From positions 261,373 through 325,372 of the forward strand of contig JBBTQW010000002.1 of assembly GCA_038065495.1 (NCBI GenBank): DNA of 64,000 nucleotides. The letters run 5' to 3'. This stretch comes from Patescibacteria group bacterium. GTDB taxonomy: Bacteria > Patescibacteriota > Minisyncoccia > Phycocordibacterales > JACOZG01. The notes beneath the pieces were generated by a model that worked only from the letters and a program-made list of their open reading frames with translations, did not search any database and was not told the DNA's origin. This document shows, piece after piece, positions 46,753-56,275 of this stretch. The position numbers and the translations under genes are program-made. Each line of letters starts with the position of its first letter. Positions within the stretch are counted from its first letter, which is position 1.

Positions 46753-47887
46753 ATTTATTAAAAAATTTCTGCTCACTTGCTTCTAGCGCTTCGATCCCCG
46801 GCAAAGTGCCAGTCGCCAAGAAGTCCAACATCGCGCCACCGCCGGTGGAGACAAAGCCGAACTTATCAAACAAGTTTAATTTCTCAAGCGCGGCAATCGT
46901 ATCGCCGCCGCCCACCACACTGTGCGCGCCACTCGCGGCCAGCACTTGCGCCAGGTCATGCGTGGGCGACACAAAGCCTTGCTCGTAATTACCCAGCGGG
47001 CCGTTCCAGAGCACCGTCTTAGCCTCACTAATCAACTCACTCAACTGACCCAGCGCCGCTGGACCGGCATCGACAATAATCCCGTCTCTCGGCACTTGAT
47101 CTGGTGTTGTGCTACCAACCTCATCTCCCCTTTTTACTAAAACTTCGCTTGGCAAAACAATTTTTGGATCAGTTGCTAGGCTTTCCAGATCTTTGAGACT
47201 GTCATCGCAAAGTGATTGCCCAATTTCGTAACCCAAAAGTTTAAAAATTGGGTGCGCCAGCGCACCGCCGATAAAAATCTTCTCAGCTAGTGGCAAAAAT
47301 TTCTGCACCAGTGACAACTTAGTGCCAAATTTCGCGCCGGCAATGATCACCACCAGTGGTTGCTCTGGCTTAAATAATTCACTCAACTGTTTTACTTCTT
47401 CCGCAAACTGCAAACCAGCATAACTCGGCAATAATCTGGGCAAAGAAACAATCGAGGCATGCGCGCGGTGTGAGACCGGAAAATCTTCGTTAATATAAAT
47501 ATCGCCAAGCTTGGCCAACTCTTGCGCGAATTCGCTAGAATTATTTTCTTCTCTCGGATCTAAACGCAAATTCTCTAGCAAAACTACTGATCCTTCAGCC
47601 CAGTGCGCAGAATCCGGCACATCGTTTACATTTTTGACAAAAATTACGGGGAAAAACTGTTGTAAATAATCAGCGATTAGCGCCAAACTCGCGCCCGGCT
47701 CGCTCGAGTGGCTCAAGAGTGTCACCCGTGCGCCCGCGTTTAATAATTTTTTTATCGTCGGGATCGCGCGCTTGATCCGAAAGTCATCGCGCACTGTGCC
47801 ATTCTCAATCGGCACATTCAAGTCCACGCGCAAGAGCACACGTTTGCCGACTAATTCTACATCCGTGAGATCAGCGAGCAAGTTCAT
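46751..47887 (-). CDS. pgk: Phosphoglycerate kinase.
   Basis: VLLRVDLNVP, a Gly-rich nucleotide loop, and 378 aa. Confidence 0.92.
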   Translation of the reverse strand: MNLLADLTDVELVGKRVLLRVDLNVPIENGTVRDDFRIKRAIPTIKKLLNAGARVTLLSHSSEPGASLALIADYLQQFFPVIFVKNVNDVPDSAHWAEGSVVLLENLRLDPREENNSSEFAQELAKLGDIYINEDFPVSHRAHASIVSLPRLLPSYAGLQFAEEVKQLSELFKPEQPLVVIIAGAKFGTKLSLVQKFLPLAEKIFIGGALAHPIFKLLGYEIGQSLCDDSLKDLESLATDPKIVLPSEVLVKRGDEVGSTTPDQVPRDGIIVDAGPAALGQLSELISEAKTVLWNGPLGNYEQGFVSPTHDLAQVLAASGAHSVVGGGDTIAALEKLNLFDKFGFVSTGGGAMLDFLATGTLPGIEALEASEQKFFNK

Positions 47888-48644
47888 CAGCGATTTTTAG
47901 AATTTGCGTAAAGTGATCGGCTCTTAGAGATGCCCGGCCAACGAGTAAACCGTCAGCCGCGCCTTCACTCAAGAAACTGCCAGCATTTTTGATATCCACC
48001 GAGCCACCATAGAGCACCGGCACAGCCAGCGCGCTAGCATGACCGCACCAGTGGCTCAAGATTTTGCGAATAAAAATCGCGGTTTCCAAGAAACTGTGCG
48101 GCGTGTCACTAGATTTTGCTTGCTCGCCAATCGCCCACACCGGCTCATAGGCAATAACAATCTGCTTAGCAAATTTTTTAGAAACTTTCTCCAGCGCGCT
48201 AGTAATCTGCTCGCGAATAATTTTTAAATACTCACCGTGACTATCCCGCTCTCGTTCGCCCACGCACAAGATCACTCGCAAATCCTGCGCTAGCGCGAGC
48301 TTGAGCTTCTGATTTATAACCGAGTCAGAATCGCCCAAGGCGCGCTTTTCCGAATGTCCGAGCAATAAATACTGCCCGCCTGATTTCCGCACCATCCCGG
48401 GGCCAATCTGGCCCGTCCAAGGGCCTTCTAGAGCCCAGAAAGTGTCTTGCGCGCCCAGCGCCAATCTAGCGCCAAGCTTAGCCCTATTAGCGAGATTTTC
48501 TAAAAAGATCACCGGCGGACAAACTACCGTTTCCACGCGCTTCAAGCCTTGCGCCACGCGCTTCACTTTGCCCCACAACTCCTGCGCCTCGCGCGGCGAG
48601 CTGGGATTAGCTTTCCAGTTTCCGACAATTAGCTTGTTTTTCAT
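47871..48644 (-). CDS. tpiA: Triosephosphate isomerase.
   Basis: LIVGNWKAN, AYEPVWAIG, LYGGSV. An extended -10 (TGCTATAAT, RC of 48663..48671) sits upstream. Confidence 0.92.
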   Translation of the reverse strand: MKNKLIVGNWKANPSSPREAQELWGKVKRVAQGLKRVETVVCPPVIFLENLANRAKLGARLALGAQDTFWALEGPWTGQIGPGMVRKSGGQYLLLGHSEKRALGDSDSVINQKLKLALAQDLRVILCVGERERDSHGEYLKIIREQITSALEKVSKKFAKQIVIAYEPVWAIGEQAKSSDTPHSFLETAIFIRKILSHWCGHASALAVPVLYGGSVDIKNAGSFLSEGAADGLLVGRASLRADHFTQILKIADELAR

Positions 48645-48687
48645 TCTGTTAATTTAACCAGAATTATAGCAGATTTAGAATTTTAAG

Positions 48688-48730
48688 ATAAAAAAATGAC
48701 CCTTAGTCTGCCGGAGCAAACCAAGGGTCA
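48688..48730 (-). terminator. Intrinsic terminator at the end of the pilus region.
   Basis: tgaccctt...aagggtca 8-bp stem plus a U-run on the minus strand. Confidence 0.6.
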
Positions 48731-48751
48731 AAGTGATTGAGCGCTAGAGCG

Positions 48752-49192
48752 TCATTTGGGTTTAGAGCCAGAGCGCTTGAACTTGCGGGAGAAGACACGG
48801 CCCCCGGCAGCCCATGAGCACGGATCCTCGACGGAGTCGGTACGAACGCCCCAACCGTCGTCGAACTGATAAACGCCCAAGGCACGGAGCACGCCATCTT
48901 TGTCCTCAACGTAGAAAATGTTGGCAGCACCGTTGCGAACCAGCTTCTTGTTGTAGCGAATATTGTAGAGCACTACTCCAAGAGTTGTCGGCTCTGGCTG
49001 ACAGTGCTTGGCGATTGCCTGATCATTCATCGGCTGTCCCAGCTCGCGCGAGTGGAGCAGAATTTTCTCCTCGACCACCTCCATTGAGCCGAAATACTCG
49101 AGAAAGTCGCGGCTAACTCTAGTAATCGGATTTGGGTCGGGAGCAAAAACCTCTCGCGCCAAACCAAGCGACCCCTGTGATTTCTTAGCCAT
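48752..49192 (-). CDS. Hypothetical 146-aa protein, GC-rich, with its own strong RBS.
   Basis: AAGGGG 8 nt before the ATG at 49192 (MAKKSQ...). No recognisable domain. The ORF track gives 164 aa from an upstream ATG. Confidence 0.5.
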   Translation of the reverse strand: MAKKSQGSLGLAREVFAPDPNPITRVSRDFLEYFGSMEVVEEKILLHSRELGQPMNDQAIAKHCQPEPTTLGVVLYNIRYNKKLVRNGAANIFYVEDKDGVLRALGVYQFDDGWGVRTDSVEDPCSWAAGGRVFSRKFKRSGSKPK

Positions 49193-49284
49193 TTTCTGGC
49201 CCCTTTCTATATATTTTATATTTTGAAGACCTTGTTTCGAACGCAACCCACACCCTAGTAAGAAAAACAGAAACTGTCAAGCCC

Positions 49285-50742
49285 TCACAACTCGCGCCAA
49301 GAGATTGTCTGATACTGATCGGAAGTAAGGGGAAAAGAGGGTGGCGGGCCGTAGAGTAGATTGGCATCGTAGATGATTGTGCGCGTGGCGTAGCCGGTGC
49401 CGTCGGTGTAGGCAAAGCCGTAACGCTGATTGGTAGCGATCATGCCCACCAAGCGGAGCGAAGTGCGCGAATTATTCGTACAAGATGAGCCGTAATAATA
49501 ACGGCCAACAAAGCCGTTCTTGGCCACCAGCGCGGCGTCGAGCTCTAGATCATCAGCACTATTCTTGCCGACCAAGATATTATTCTGCGCGATAAGTGAT
49601 AGGACGTCCGTGCCATTGTAATTGGTGTAACTCAAATCGTTATTTACTATGATGTTCGTATTAGTTGAGGAATTCTCGGGGAATTTGCCGGAGGCGATCG
49701 TTAAACGCGCGCTGTTAATCGTGCCCTCCACCCACACATGATCTTCGAGAAAGATTAAACCATTAGCGGGGAAAGCGTAATTCTGGAGGAAGGTGCGCGT
49801 ACTGATACTCCACGTGCCCCAGCCGGTCTGGTTCTGGCTGTTACTGCAACCGGAGCCGGCGCTGGAAAGTGTGTTCACCCTGTATAAGTCAAAAGTGTCA
49901 TTAGTTTTGAGAATAACTTGATAACCTTGCGCGCCGGAGGAGGCGAAGTAGCGACCGCTAGTCTGCGCTTGCGTCTTGATATTCGAGAGATCAGCGGTAA
50001 AGCCATTGAAGTCGACAGCCGGGACGGGAAACTGCCGACCAGCCTCGAAGATGTCGGCGCGGTTGGGCACCGCGCTTGGCGGCGCTTCTAAGGCCCGGAA
50101 AGTGTCAGTAATACCGCTACCGGGTGGTGCATTCACGTGAGTGTGCACGCCAAATTCGACAGCACCACTGTGGTCAGGATCATCGTAGCTCGCTACCGCG
50201 CTAGTGACAATATTGTGGACGAGACCGTCGAAGCGGATACCGGCATTGGAGTGGATGGGTCCGAAAACTTCCGTTCCGGCGCCAAAGCGCATATTGGAAT
50301 TAGCAACGAAAGCGTACTTGGCCAGCGAGGGAATGGCGAACTTGGCCTCGATCTTTCTGCTCAAACTGGCGTCACTAGCTACTTTGCCTTCGGAAACAAC
50401 CGTAACAATCGTTGAACCCACGATGGGTGGCGTGATGGTGAGTGTGTAAGTGCCGAGAACCGTGCCGTTCTTATCGGTATAATTATGGACATAGGGGCCC
50501 GCCGCGCCGGTGCCGTCCTGATAATCCTGGGCCGCATGCGCCAAGTGCCAGCGATAATACTCAATCCCCGCCTCCGCGATCTGGAAGGCTTGCTCGCGCG
50601 CCGTAGTCTGCCGGGCTGCGCGATAATTGCTCGCGCCCCAAGAGATCAAGCCGCCGAGAATAACTACACCAACAGAGCCAAAGACGAGCGCTTGAATCAA
50701 GAGGTAGCCAGACTTTTTATTTTTTTTATTTTTTATTTTCAC
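49285..50742 (-). CDS. PilX-like minor pilin or pseudopilin (485 aa).
   Basis: KKSGYLLIQALVFGSVGVVILGGLISWG is a prepilin-like N-terminus with Q at +5. AREQAFQIAEAGIEYY resembles the PilX N-domain. Large beta-rich C-terminal domain. Confidence 0.55.
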   Translation of the reverse strand: MKIKNKKNKKSGYLLIQALVFGSVGVVILGGLISWGASNYRAARQTTAREQAFQIAEAGIEYYRWHLAHAAQDYQDGTGAAGPYVHNYTDKNGTVLGTYTLTITPPIVGSTIVTVVSEGKVASDASLSRKIEAKFAIPSLAKYAFVANSNMRFGAGTEVFGPIHSNAGIRFDGLVHNIVTSAVASYDDPDHSGAVEFGVHTHVNAPPGSGITDTFRALEAPPSAVPNRADIFEAGRQFPVPAVDFNGFTADLSNIKTQAQTSGRYFASSGAQGYQVILKTNDTFDLYRVNTLSSAGSGCSNSQNQTGWGTWSISTRTFLQNYAFPANGLIFLEDHVWVEGTINSARLTIASGKFPENSSTNTNIIVNNDLSYTNYNGTDVLSLIAQNNILVGKNSADDLELDAALVAKNGFVGRYYYGSSCTNNSRTSLRLVGMIATNQRYGFAYTDGTGYATRTIIYDANLLYGPPPSFPLTSDQYQTISWREL

Positions 50743-50759
50743 AGTTTTTTTAAATTATC

Positions 50760-51383
50760 TCACAGATTATCTTTGAGACTTCTGATTGCCACCTGACTCT
50801 CATAAGTCGTGGTCACTGGCGCACGGTTGGGATCAGCTTCGATACTAAACTGAACTTTGACTAATCTGACATTTGGTAAATTAATTGGTAGCGTGAGTGC
50901 CGTGCTCGTGCCAGCATAATTCTTATCGAAATAAGTGAAAATTATGCTATTACTGTTTACCAAGTTTGGCACGAAGTTGCTGACCTGCTCGTTCGCGTCT
51001 AGATAAGTCAGCGGACTGCCAGTTGGTTTGATAATTCCTCGCCGCAAAATATTACCACTCAAGAAATAGCGCAAACGCTCGTGCAGGCCATCGCCATCAA
51101 TGTCGCTGTAAAAAGTTAATTTATCTTTATCAGCGAGTGCAATCGCAAAGGCGCCAGTGTCGGAAGGCGCAGCTTGCCTCAACTCGGCCACCAATCTCTT
51201 CAGAGCAATTCTGGCATCTTGTTCGGCTTGGATAGAGTTAGTGAGAAAACTATTCTGCCGCCAAATATCAACTTGGAAAGTCGCCAGCACCACGCTGATC
51301 AAGCCCAGAATCGCCACCACAATCAGAATCTCAACCAAACTAAAACCTTTTTGCTTATTTTTTAATAAAAATATTTTAGACAT
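50760..51383 (-). CDS. Type IV pilin-like protein (prepilin-type N-terminal cleavage/methylation domain).
   Basis: KGFSLVEILIVVAILGLISVV is the canonical G/F-x-x-x-E class III signal. 207 aa. Confidence 0.75.
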   Translation of the reverse strand: MSKIFLLKNKQKGFSLVEILIVVAILGLISVVLATFQVDIWRQNSFLTNSIQAEQDARIALKRLVAELRQAAPSDTGAFAIALADKDKLTFYSDIDGDGLHERLRYFLSGNILRRGIIKPTGSPLTYLDANEQVSNFVPNLVNSNSIIFTYFDKNYAGTSTALTLPINLPNVRLVKVQFSIEADPNRAPVTTTYESQVAIRSLKDNL

Positions 51384-51384
51384 A

Positions 51385-53208
51385 TTATGGCGACATTAGA
51401 ACTTCGAAAGTTTGCCATGGCTGTGTGGCAGAAACAGAATTATTTTGGTAATTCTGATAACCGGTCGCCGTCACGTTGAGATTATAATCACTCGCGCTGG
51501 TGAGATTATTAAAGAAAACTTGTCCGGACGGTAGGCAACCCGAGCCGTAGACCAAGCTAACATCAGACAAGACGGGCGTGAAATTCGGATCAATCGTGGA
51601 GAAATAGGCGCGATAACGGATAAACTCGTCGCTATTGTGAATCGCATTGATTGGATCGCCAGAGACAGTGTAGAACGTGTTGCTCGTTCCATCCGGGCCG
51701 AGATAATTCCACGTGCTGGTGGCATTATCATTGCCCGTCGCGATTTGGAATCGGAGAGTTGTGGAAGCGCTCTGGGAGGCCGGTGTCCAGTTGATATTAT
51801 AGAACGCGCTGGCCGTGCTAGAGCCGGTGTCGAAAATTGAGGAAGTAAGCACACCGCTGGCCGAATAATTGCCGAAAACGGAGCGCAACTGCGCCTGACC
51901 GAGCACGCCAGCCGTGTCCACATTGCCGTCATCACTGAAGTATTGATTAGCGCTCACAAAGTCCACTTGCCCCGCGCCGCCCGACCAATCTGTCTGGCGG
52001 AAGAAGCCACGATTGGTCACGAGATTCTGACTAAAGCCGCCCCGCGAGAGCGTGACGCTAGCGTCGTCGATGGGCAAGAGACTGGCGGCATCTTTCACCG
52101 TCACCAGCAAGGCATTGGGATTGGCTGGCGCAGTAACCAGCAAGACATTCTGATCCGTATTGGGCGCAAGTGAGAAAGGCAAGAGTGGCACCGAACCAGC
52201 GAGATCCGTGCCGGCGTCACTCACACTCAAGCTGTAAGTGTCCCATTCTAGATTAGCGATAGTTTTGTGCCCAGCGCCATCCAGCGTGTGATTCTGATTA
52301 TATTTCAAAACATTGGGACTCGTGCCAAGTAATTTATTCCCCTGTAGATTAAAGCCGGCACTCGGCGTGCTCACGCAAGCACTATTGATACCAGAGAAAT
52401 TGATCTGACTGGTGCGATCAATCGAGAGCGTCACTTGTGTAACCTGACCAACAGAAACGGTGGAGTGCGGATTGACCGGATTGGGATTGCCCACCGCGCC
52501 GGCTGGATAAGTTCTATCTGTGGAATAACCGCTTTTGCTAACCGTGATCTCGTAAGCAAAGTTCCCGGGTGGCACATCAACTAGTTGGAGCATGCCGGCA
52601 TTGTTCGTCACATCATCAATACTAATCGCCGGATTAACTAAGTTGTTCGCAATGTGCACGTTTGCATTAGCCACTGGCTGACCATTGGCGTCTAGCACAC
52701 GCACAAAGAGCGCGCCGTTGCCACTGGAAGTTTCTAAACTCTTCGGTGCTACCGTAGCGACAAAAGCGAGCGGTTGCGCTAGTTTGCAGGCTGAACAATT
52801 CATGTCCAATTGCACGAGCTTATAATCCGCTGGACTCAAATCGTTTGGCGCACCGCCGATGGTGCCGTCGAAAATGTCGTCCACGTTACGCACAGTCGTG
52901 GTGGAAGTGAAAGTGATGCCAGCGTCCGTGACGTTCTGCACGCTCTGGATCAAGCCGTTCGGGATGCCGCCCACCTCGCCCACTTGGGCATAAGGCATAT
53001 TGCGGATAATCTCTAATTGTTGATTGGCCAGTAGAGTGGCCGCTGTCCGAGCACGCGACGCTTTGACCAGATCAGTAACCGCAAAGAAGCCCTGATAAAT
53101 CGCCAGCGCGATGACAGAAAATACAAACACGCCAACAAGTGTCTCTACCAACGTAAAGCCAGTTTTTCTATTTTTTAAATTATTTTTTTCTAAAAATTTA
53201 TTTGGCAT
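51385..53208 (-). CDS. Large type IV pilin-like protein (607 aa) with a prepilin N-terminus.
   Basis: KTGFTLVETLVGVFVFSVIALAIY, then a ~560-aa beta-rich globular region. 1 nt after pilC. Confidence 0.7.
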   Translation of the reverse strand: MPNKFLEKNNLKNRKTGFTLVETLVGVFVFSVIALAIYQGFFAVTDLVKASRARTAATLLANQQLEIIRNMPYAQVGEVGGIPNGLIQSVQNVTDAGITFTSTTTVRNVDDIFDGTIGGAPNDLSPADYKLVQLDMNCSACKLAQPLAFVATVAPKSLETSSGNGALFVRVLDANGQPVANANVHIANNLVNPAISIDDVTNNAGMLQLVDVPPGNFAYEITVSKSGYSTDRTYPAGAVGNPNPVNPHSTVSVGQVTQVTLSIDRTSQINFSGINSACVSTPSAGFNLQGNKLLGTSPNVLKYNQNHTLDGAGHKTIANLEWDTYSLSVSDAGTDLAGSVPLLPFSLAPNTDQNVLLVTAPANPNALLVTVKDAASLLPIDDASVTLSRGGFSQNLVTNRGFFRQTDWSGGAGQVDFVSANQYFSDDGNVDTAGVLGQAQLRSVFGNYSASGVLTSSIFDTGSSTASAFYNINWTPASQSASTTLRFQIATGNDNATSTWNYLGPDGTSNTFYTVSGDPINAIHNSDEFIRYRAYFSTIDPNFTPVLSDVSLVYGSGCLPSGQVFFNNLTSASDYNLNVTATGYQNYQNNSVSATQPWQTFEVLMSP

Positions 53209-53209
53209 C

Positions 53210-54439
53210 TTAAATAGTTTCGCTTAGCGAGTACATTGGTCCGAGCATGGAGATGGCGAAGAAGCCGACAAAAATACCAATCACCACCATTAGCGCTGGT
53301 TCGATAATCGTGGAGAGATTCTTAGTCGCTTGTTCCACTTCGTCTTCAAAGAACGTGGCGCCTTTCAAGAGCATTGCTGGCAAATTACCAGTTTCTTCGC
53401 CCACTTCGGCCATCTCGCCAACCAGAATAGGGAAAATATCTTCGTGACTTTTGAACACCGCTGATAATGTCCCGCCTTTCTCGACCACCACAGCCGCTTC
53501 TAGTAAAACGCTCTGATAAAACGGGTTTTGCAAAACTTTGCCAGTGATCGCCAGCGCCTCTAGCATGCTAACGCCAGATGAGATGAGTGAAGAAATCGTG
53601 CGCATCGTAACGGCCGCGTTTAGATTTTTCACGATCGTGCCGATCGCCGGTGTATGTAGCCAGATTCTGGTCAGGGATTTGTGGCCAGATTTGGTCCTGG
53701 CTAATTTGAGAAAAATCACGATAATCGCGGCTAAACTAAGCAAAAAAGAGATGGTGTAGTTAGACAAAAAATCACTAACACCAATCACGATTCTCGTTGA
53801 GAGCGGCAAATCAACGTTGAGATCACGAAACAGCGCCGTGAGTTGCGGCACGAGAAAGATCATCATCAAGATCGCAATCGCGATAATCACCACCACAATA
53901 ATCGCCGGGTAGAGCATGGCGCCTTTTACTTTGCGCTGGAGATCATAGCTCTTGGCTAACTGTTGATGTACTACTTCGAGCGCTTGCGTGAGATTCCCCG
54001 ATTCCTCGCCCGCGCCAACCATAGCGATAAAAACGGGTGGGAAAACATCGGGGAAACTAGCGAGCGAGGCCGAGAATGGCTCGCCAGAATTTACTTTTGC
54101 GCTAAGTTGCGCGATCACGCTCTTGAACTTCTCATTAGCCACTTGCCGCTCCAGAATCGCCAGAGCGCGAGAGAGTGATAAGCCCGCGCCGATCATGGCC
54201 GAGAGCGAGGAAGCGAAAACAATCTTGTCTTTAATCTTGATCCGACCAAAGGGACTGGCAAAGTGGAAGCGATGCTTCTTGCCCAGCTCGGCGACTAGTC
54301 TGGCTTGAGTGACTGTCAAACCTTCCGCATGCAGTTCGCGCGCCAGCGCGTAACGATCCGGCGCCTCACGCTCGCCGCTCATTGTGGTGCCATCAGATCG
54401 AGAAGCTTTGAAAGAATATTTCATGAAAGAATTACTCAC
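53210..54439 (-). CDS. pilC: Type IV pilus assembly platform protein PilC (GspF family).
   Basis: Two GspF-type repeats with TM helices. 409 aa. Overlaps pilB. Confidence 0.82.
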   Translation of the reverse strand: MSNSFMKYSFKASRSDGTTMSGEREAPDRYALARELHAEGLTVTQARLVAELGKKHRFHFASPFGRIKIKDKIVFASSLSAMIGAGLSLSRALAILERQVANEKFKSVIAQLSAKVNSGEPFSASLASFPDVFPPVFIAMVGAGEESGNLTQALEVVHQQLAKSYDLQRKVKGAMLYPAIIVVVIIAIAILMMIFLVPQLTALFRDLNVDLPLSTRIVIGVSDFLSNYTISFLLSLAAIIVIFLKLARTKSGHKSLTRIWLHTPAIGTIVKNLNAAVTMRTISSLISSGVSMLEALAITGKVLQNPFYQSVLLEAAVVVEKGGTLSAVFKSHEDIFPILVGEMAEVGEETGNLPAMLLKGATFFEDEVEQATKNLSTIIEPALMVVIGIFVGFFAISMLGPMYSLSETI

Positions 54440-56189
54440 TCACCACGCGCAACACTTCCTCAATGCTCGTCACGCCTTGTGCGGCTTGAAAAATGCCATC
54501 TTCCAACATCGTGAGCATTCCCTCTTTCTTGGCTTGTTCCTCAATTTGCGAAGTGGTGGCACTTTTCATTACTAGATCTTTAATCGTTGCTGACATTTTG
54601 AGAACTTCGTGGATGCCCACTCGACCACGATAAGAGTCCTCACTATTTGCTCCAGCTTTTGGTTTATAAAAAGAAATATTTTCCCACTTCGCGGCTGGCG
54701 CTACTACTTTTTCTGTTTTCAAGATTTCCAACACTCGCTCCAAATCCACTTTCTCACCCAACTTTTTCAATTCTGCACTAGATAATAAATATTTTTCTTT
54801 CGCGCCTTCTAATCTCCGCACCAATCTCTGCGCGATGATCACATTAATAGTAGAAACGAGCAAGAACGGCTCCGCGCCCATGTCCAAGAATCTTGGGATC
54901 GCACCAGCGGCGGAATTTGTGTGCAGAGTGGAAAGAACCAAGTGACCAGTCAGCGCCGCATTAATCGCCAAGCCAGCTGTTTCTTTATCTCGAATCTCGC
55001 CGACCATAATAATATCCGGATCTTGGCGCACAAGCGCTCTTAAGCCATTACCAAAAGTGAGACCAATCTCGGGCTTCACTTGCGTCTGGTTCACGCGCGG
55101 CATCTGATACTCAATCGGATCTTCGATGGTTGAGATGTTTACATCCGGCTGATTCAAGATTTCCAGAACAGTATACAAAGTAGTAGATTTACCCGAACCA
55201 GTCGGGCCAGTCACCAAGATCATGCCAGTTGCCTGTTGCGTGGCCGCTTGCACGCGCTCCAAACCCTCGCCGTGGAACCCGCCTTGCTCTAGCGATAAAC
55301 CACGCGCCGTGTCGGGCAATAAGCGCATCACGATCTTCTCGCCAAAATAGGTTGGTAAAATAGAAACGCGAAACGAGACGCCCTGACCGTCCAGTTCAAT
55401 CTTAAACCGCCCATCTTGCGGCAAGCGCTTTTCGTCTAATCTCAAGTTTGCTAAAACTTTGATCCTCGCCACCAAGGCCGGTCCAGCATTCTTGGGCAAG
55501 ACCATCGCGTCGTGGAGCAAGCCGTCTATCCGATATCTAATAATCACCTCTCTCTCAAAGTTCTCGATATGAATGTCGGAAGCTTGCTGGGTAATCGCAT
55601 GCGAGAGCAATGTATCGACAATGCGCACCACTGGCAAATCTTCGGCCAGCTTCTTGAGCTCACCTTCGCCAATTTCTTTTCCGCCATCAGTGTCGTCCAG
55701 CTTTTTTAGTTTAGCCGCTTCTTGGCCCACTAAGTCACCAAACTCGGCTTTTAAGCTTTTTTGATACTGCAAGAGCGCACTCTTGAGCGAAGCGGCGTCG
55801 GTTAATCTCGGCAAAATCTTGAGACCAGAACCTTTTTTGATAAAATCAATCGCGGTCAAGTCATCCGGGTCGAGCATCGCCACCTCCAGCGAGTCATTAT
55901 CTTTTTTCTTAAAAGCCACAATATTATGCCGCCGTGCAATTGGCTCGGGAATCGTGTACAGCACATCTTTATCTATTTTATCTTTCTTTAAATCCACAAA
56001 CGGAATGCCCAAGATGTAAGCCTTGGCACGACGAAGATCGTCTTCCGTAATCTTGCCGCTGGCGAGCAGTAGTTCTTCGAAACTTTTTTTCTCACTCTCA
56101 ACCTGTTCGGCGATATTCACCAAATCTTTCTTGCTCGCTAAACCAGAGTCGAGTAGAAAAGTTTGTAATTGTTCCGGATCAATCCACAT
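54432..56189 (-). CDS. pilB: Type IV pilus assembly ATPase PilB (GspE family).
   Basis: GILVTGPTGSGKSTTLY, an Asp box, a His box, N-terminal GSPII_E_N-like domain, and 585 aa. Confidence 0.88.
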   Translation of the reverse strand: MWIDPEQLQTFLLDSGLASKKDLVNIAEQVESEKKSFEELLLASGKITEDDLRRAKAYILGIPFVDLKKDKIDKDVLYTIPEPIARRHNIVAFKKKDNDSLEVAMLDPDDLTAIDFIKKGSGLKILPRLTDAASLKSALLQYQKSLKAEFGDLVGQEAAKLKKLDDTDGGKEIGEGELKKLAEDLPVVRIVDTLLSHAITQQASDIHIENFEREVIIRYRIDGLLHDAMVLPKNAGPALVARIKVLANLRLDEKRLPQDGRFKIELDGQGVSFRVSILPTYFGEKIVMRLLPDTARGLSLEQGGFHGEGLERVQAATQQATGMILVTGPTGSGKSTTLYTVLEILNQPDVNISTIEDPIEYQMPRVNQTQVKPEIGLTFGNGLRALVRQDPDIIMVGEIRDKETAGLAINAALTGHLVLSTLHTNSAAGAIPRFLDMGAEPFLLVSTINVIIAQRLVRRLEGAKEKYLLSSAELKKLGEKVDLERVLEILKTEKVVAPAAKWENISFYKPKAGANSEDSYRGRVGIHEVLKMSATIKDLVMKSATTSQIEEQAKKEGMLTMLEDGIFQAAQGVTSIEEVLRVVSE

Positions 56190-56198
56190 GTTCTATTA

Positions 56199-56256
56199 AT
56201 TATAGCAAAAACAAAACAAAAATCCCTGTGCTAGAAAATCTAGACAGGGATTTTTG
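56199..56256. promoter_or_regulatory. Bidirectional hairpin terminator between the tail-collar gene and pilB, plus an extended -10 (TGCTATAAT) 9 nt upstream of the pilB ATG.
   Basis: atccctgtgctaga...tctagacagggat forms a ~13-bp stem with one bulge (56222..56250), flanked by an A-run and T5. RC of 56199..56207 is TGCTATAAT. Confidence 0.5.
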
Positions 56257-56275
56257 TGGAAAGAAATAAACTTAT

